Below, one piece after another: positions 62,047-64,000 of a stretch of DNA of 64,000 nucleotides. The first letter of the stretch is position 1. Every line of letters begins with the position of its first letter. Source of the stretch: a virus (lineage: Duplodnaviria > Caudoviricetes); the IMG/VR virus record IMGVR_UViG_3300020450_001133. One strand, given 5' to 3'. Below the pieces are notes generated by a model. The model searched no databases, was not told the DNA's origin, and saw only the letters and a program-made list of their open reading frames with translations. A program made the translations under genes and the position numbers.

Positions 62047-63924
62047 TTACTTGTAAAGTAATCTTTTAGCAGATTCGCCGTTTATTAATGGTGCATATAT
62101 TTTAATTGGATCTTCTTTTCCTTTAACAGTTACCGAGCCTAAGTTTTCATAAACTTGTCCAGTATCTCTAAAACTGTTTAAAGTAAATTCACTATACAAT
62201 ATAGGAGTGTCTTGTTTTCTAGTTTCTGCTTCTAATCTAGCCGCTAAATTTACAGCATCGCCTATAACACTATAATCTAATCTACTTTCACTGCCCATAT
62301 TACCAACAATGCATGTGCCTGTGTTTATTCCTGTGCCAAATTTTACTCTAGGTAGTCCTAGTTTTTCCATTTCTTTTTCTAGTTCATCACCTAACAATTC
62401 AATTTCTATTGCACTTTTAAGAGCCATGTCAGCATGATTATCACAAGGTATTGGAGCATTCCAAAATGCCATTATACAGTCGCCCATATACTTGTCGATT
62501 GTTCCACCATTGGCAAGTATAATTTTTGTCATTCTATCTAAGAAACTGTTAATTAATTCTACTAGTCCTTCGGGGTCATCTTGCTTCATGAACTTTTCTG
62601 ATATAGGTGTAAAGCCTACAATGTCTGCAAATAGGAAACTCATTTCTCTTCTTTCGCCACCTAACTTCATTAAACTTGGATCTTTTACTAACATATCAAC
62701 ATAGTCTGGTGATATGTACTTGCTAAATTGTCCTTTTATTTGCTGTCTTAGTCTATATTGCTTGTAAAAATTGTTAAATGCACTATGAGTAAACACCAAA
62801 AATCCACTCAAAACTGGAAAAGTTGCATCAATTAACATCAATTTATTGGTGTAAAACCACACACTTGCATAGGCTTCTGTACCCAAAATCAGCATGGAAA
62901 TTGGTGCTGTCCACACTAAAGGTAACTTATAAACAGCAAAACCTATCAAAACCATGCCCATAAAAGCAACTAGAAGCTCTATAAAGGGCGATAATTCATT
63001 TCGTGTTATGTTACTACCATCTACAAAGTTTTGTAGCATATGGCCCTGTATTTGCTGTGGATACATATTGCCTTTTGGAGTAGGAACAGGATTTTGTATG
63101 CCTTCTGCACTAACTCCTACTATAACAAATTTACCTTTTAGGTCTGGTAGGCTGTTTATGTCCACATATTCTACTTCTTCAAATGTATTATTAAATCTTA
63201 TAAATGCTGTTCCATCAGTTTGTGTAACAATAGGTTCAAAAGGTGGAACTGCAAATTCTTGTATTCCTAGTTCAGATGTTTTTAACATATAACTTGGCTT
63301 TTGTGTATATGTTCTAAGAAGTTCAATAGCAAGACTTGGGTAAATTTTACCCTCAACTCCTATTGCTAATGGATAAGTTCTTGTGACTAAATCAGGTTGT
63401 GGTGCTGATGCAAGTACACCTATGCCTTCTGCATGTTCTTCAAGTGTCGGAATGTTTGTTACTAGGTTGGGCCAACTTAATAGGAAGTCCTGTGCTGGTA
63501 AAGGGCCTATCGTCCCTGTGCCAATGTGCGGACCTGTACTCCTTACTCCTTTGGTACTTGGGGTCTGGGATAAAATCACTCCGTTCCCTTTTATCCAACT
63601 CGCTAGGACTTCGTCCCCTCCGAAACGATCCGCCTCCGGAAACATCACGGTCAATCCAATCATACCACCATTGTTCTGTCTGATATCGTGGATTAGTTGT
63701 GCAAAATTCTGTCTGGGCCATGGCCATTGTCCCCATTGTTGTAAACTTTTTTCACCTATGTTTATTATTACAACTTCATCACTTTGTTTTACTTCATCTA
63801 AGTTTTGTAATGCATCAAAGGTTTGTAATCTTAAACTTTGTAGTGGCGTTGGGTCAAATATTTTTATTGTTGTTAGTAAACATATTGTTACCACAACTGC
63901 CCATCCACTGTAAAACCATTTCAT
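62047..63924 (-). CDS. membrane class III adenylate cyclase with CHASE2 sensor domain (625 aa)
   Basis: N-terminal TM, CHASE2 (GQWPWPR), three TM helices, FADIVGFT, DKYMGD, GDAVNLAARLE. Confidence 0.92.
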   Translation of the reverse strand: MKWFYSGWAVVVTICLLTTIKIFDPTPLQSLRLQTFDALQNLDEVKQSDEVVIINIGEKSLQQWGQWPWPRQNFAQLIHDIRQNNGGMIGLTVMFPEADRFGGDEVLASWIKGNGVILSQTPSTKGVRSTGPHIGTGTIGPLPAQDFLLSWPNLVTNIPTLEEHAEGIGVLASAPQPDLVTRTYPLAIGVEGKIYPSLAIELLRTYTQKPSYMLKTSELGIQEFAVPPFEPIVTQTDGTAFIRFNNTFEEVEYVDINSLPDLKGKFVIVGVSAEGIQNPVPTPKGNMYPQQIQGHMLQNFVDGSNITRNELSPFIELLVAFMGMVLIGFAVYKLPLVWTAPISMLILGTEAYASVWFYTNKLMLIDATFPVLSGFLVFTHSAFNNFYKQYRLRQQIKGQFSKYISPDYVDMLVKDPSLMKLGGERREMSFLFADIVGFTPISEKFMKQDDPEGLVELINSFLDRMTKIILANGGTIDKYMGDCIMAFWNAPIPCDNHADMALKSAIEIELLGDELEKEMEKLGLPRVKFGTGINTGTCIVGNMGSESRLDYSVIGDAVNLAARLEAETRKQDTPILYSEFTLNSFRDTGQVYENLGSVTVKGKEDPIKIYAPLINGESAKRLLYK

Positions 63925-63929
63925 GTATG

Positions 63930-63937
63930 TATTTATT
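63930..63937 (-). promoter_or_regulatory. late promoter for adenylate cyclase, leaderless spacing
   Basis: AATAAATA-catac-ATG(63924). Confidence 0.65.
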
Positions 63938-63947
63938 TGCTAAGAGT

Positions 63948-64000
63948 CTAGTCTTGAGTTATTGTGATTGAACAACCACCAGCAGTTTGACATGTTTGAT
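63948..64000 (-). CDS. 3' end of an ORF entering from beyond the window (…QTCQTAGGCSITITQD*)
   Basis: Open frame ending at TAG 63948-63950; Cys pair and alternating beta pattern suggest an exported beta-rich protein. Confidence 0.45.
   Translation of the reverse strand, partial: QTCQTAGGCSITITQD

Noticed and set aside
63383-63913. 176-aa plus-strand ORF and other alternate frames over the cyclase
   Set aside because: Openness is explained by the local GC-rich patch; no start signals or recognisable motifs.
1-64000. Alternative genetic code, DGR or retron
   Set aside because: Standard code 11 gives near-complete coding with intact conserved genes; no reverse transcriptase motif or TR/VR repeat pair seen.

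Overview
A 64-kb, AT-rich, densely coding segment of a large T4-like (contractile-tailed, probably jumbo) myovirus genome, mostly on the minus strand. The ~930-aa sheath and the gene set resemble GAP32-like jumbo phages, and a marine proteobacterial host is inferred but not shown. It encodes replication/recombination genes (gp41 helicase, gp61 primase, gp62-like clamp-loader subunit, UvsW, UvsX, UvsY, gp32, DexA-like exonuclease, a 189-aa minimal DnaE-like protein), morphogenesis genes (terminase, gp4, tail tube, sheath, neck gp13/14/15) and three tRNAs (Ser-GCT, Ala-TGC, Arg-TCT). Auxiliary genes include ThyX, dNMP kinase, MTA/SAH nucleosidase + APRT, a BtuB-like TonB receptor, a B12-domain radical SAM enzyme, FNR, FabZ, a diiron ferritin-like enzyme, a methyltransferase, NUDIX and a CHASE2 adenylate cyclase. 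The most striking signals are: (1) a family of late proteins with T4 internal-protein-like capsid-targeting N-termini, built as modular polyproteins punctuated by hydrophobic-x-E sites, carrying a eukaryote-like Cu/Zn SOD, ParB-like domains, an amidoligase, a PD-(D/E)xK nuclease and an RNA-ligase-like enzyme; (2) a two-tier late regulon in which 16 ATAAATA-type promoters sit only 5-8 nt before ATG (leaderless), while high-copy structural genes get SD-containing and in two cases hairpin leaders; (3) a dispersed cobalamin/SAM-radical support set; (4) an unexplained H-type pseudoknot before a terminator. All product calls come from motif recognition by eye; no database search was run.
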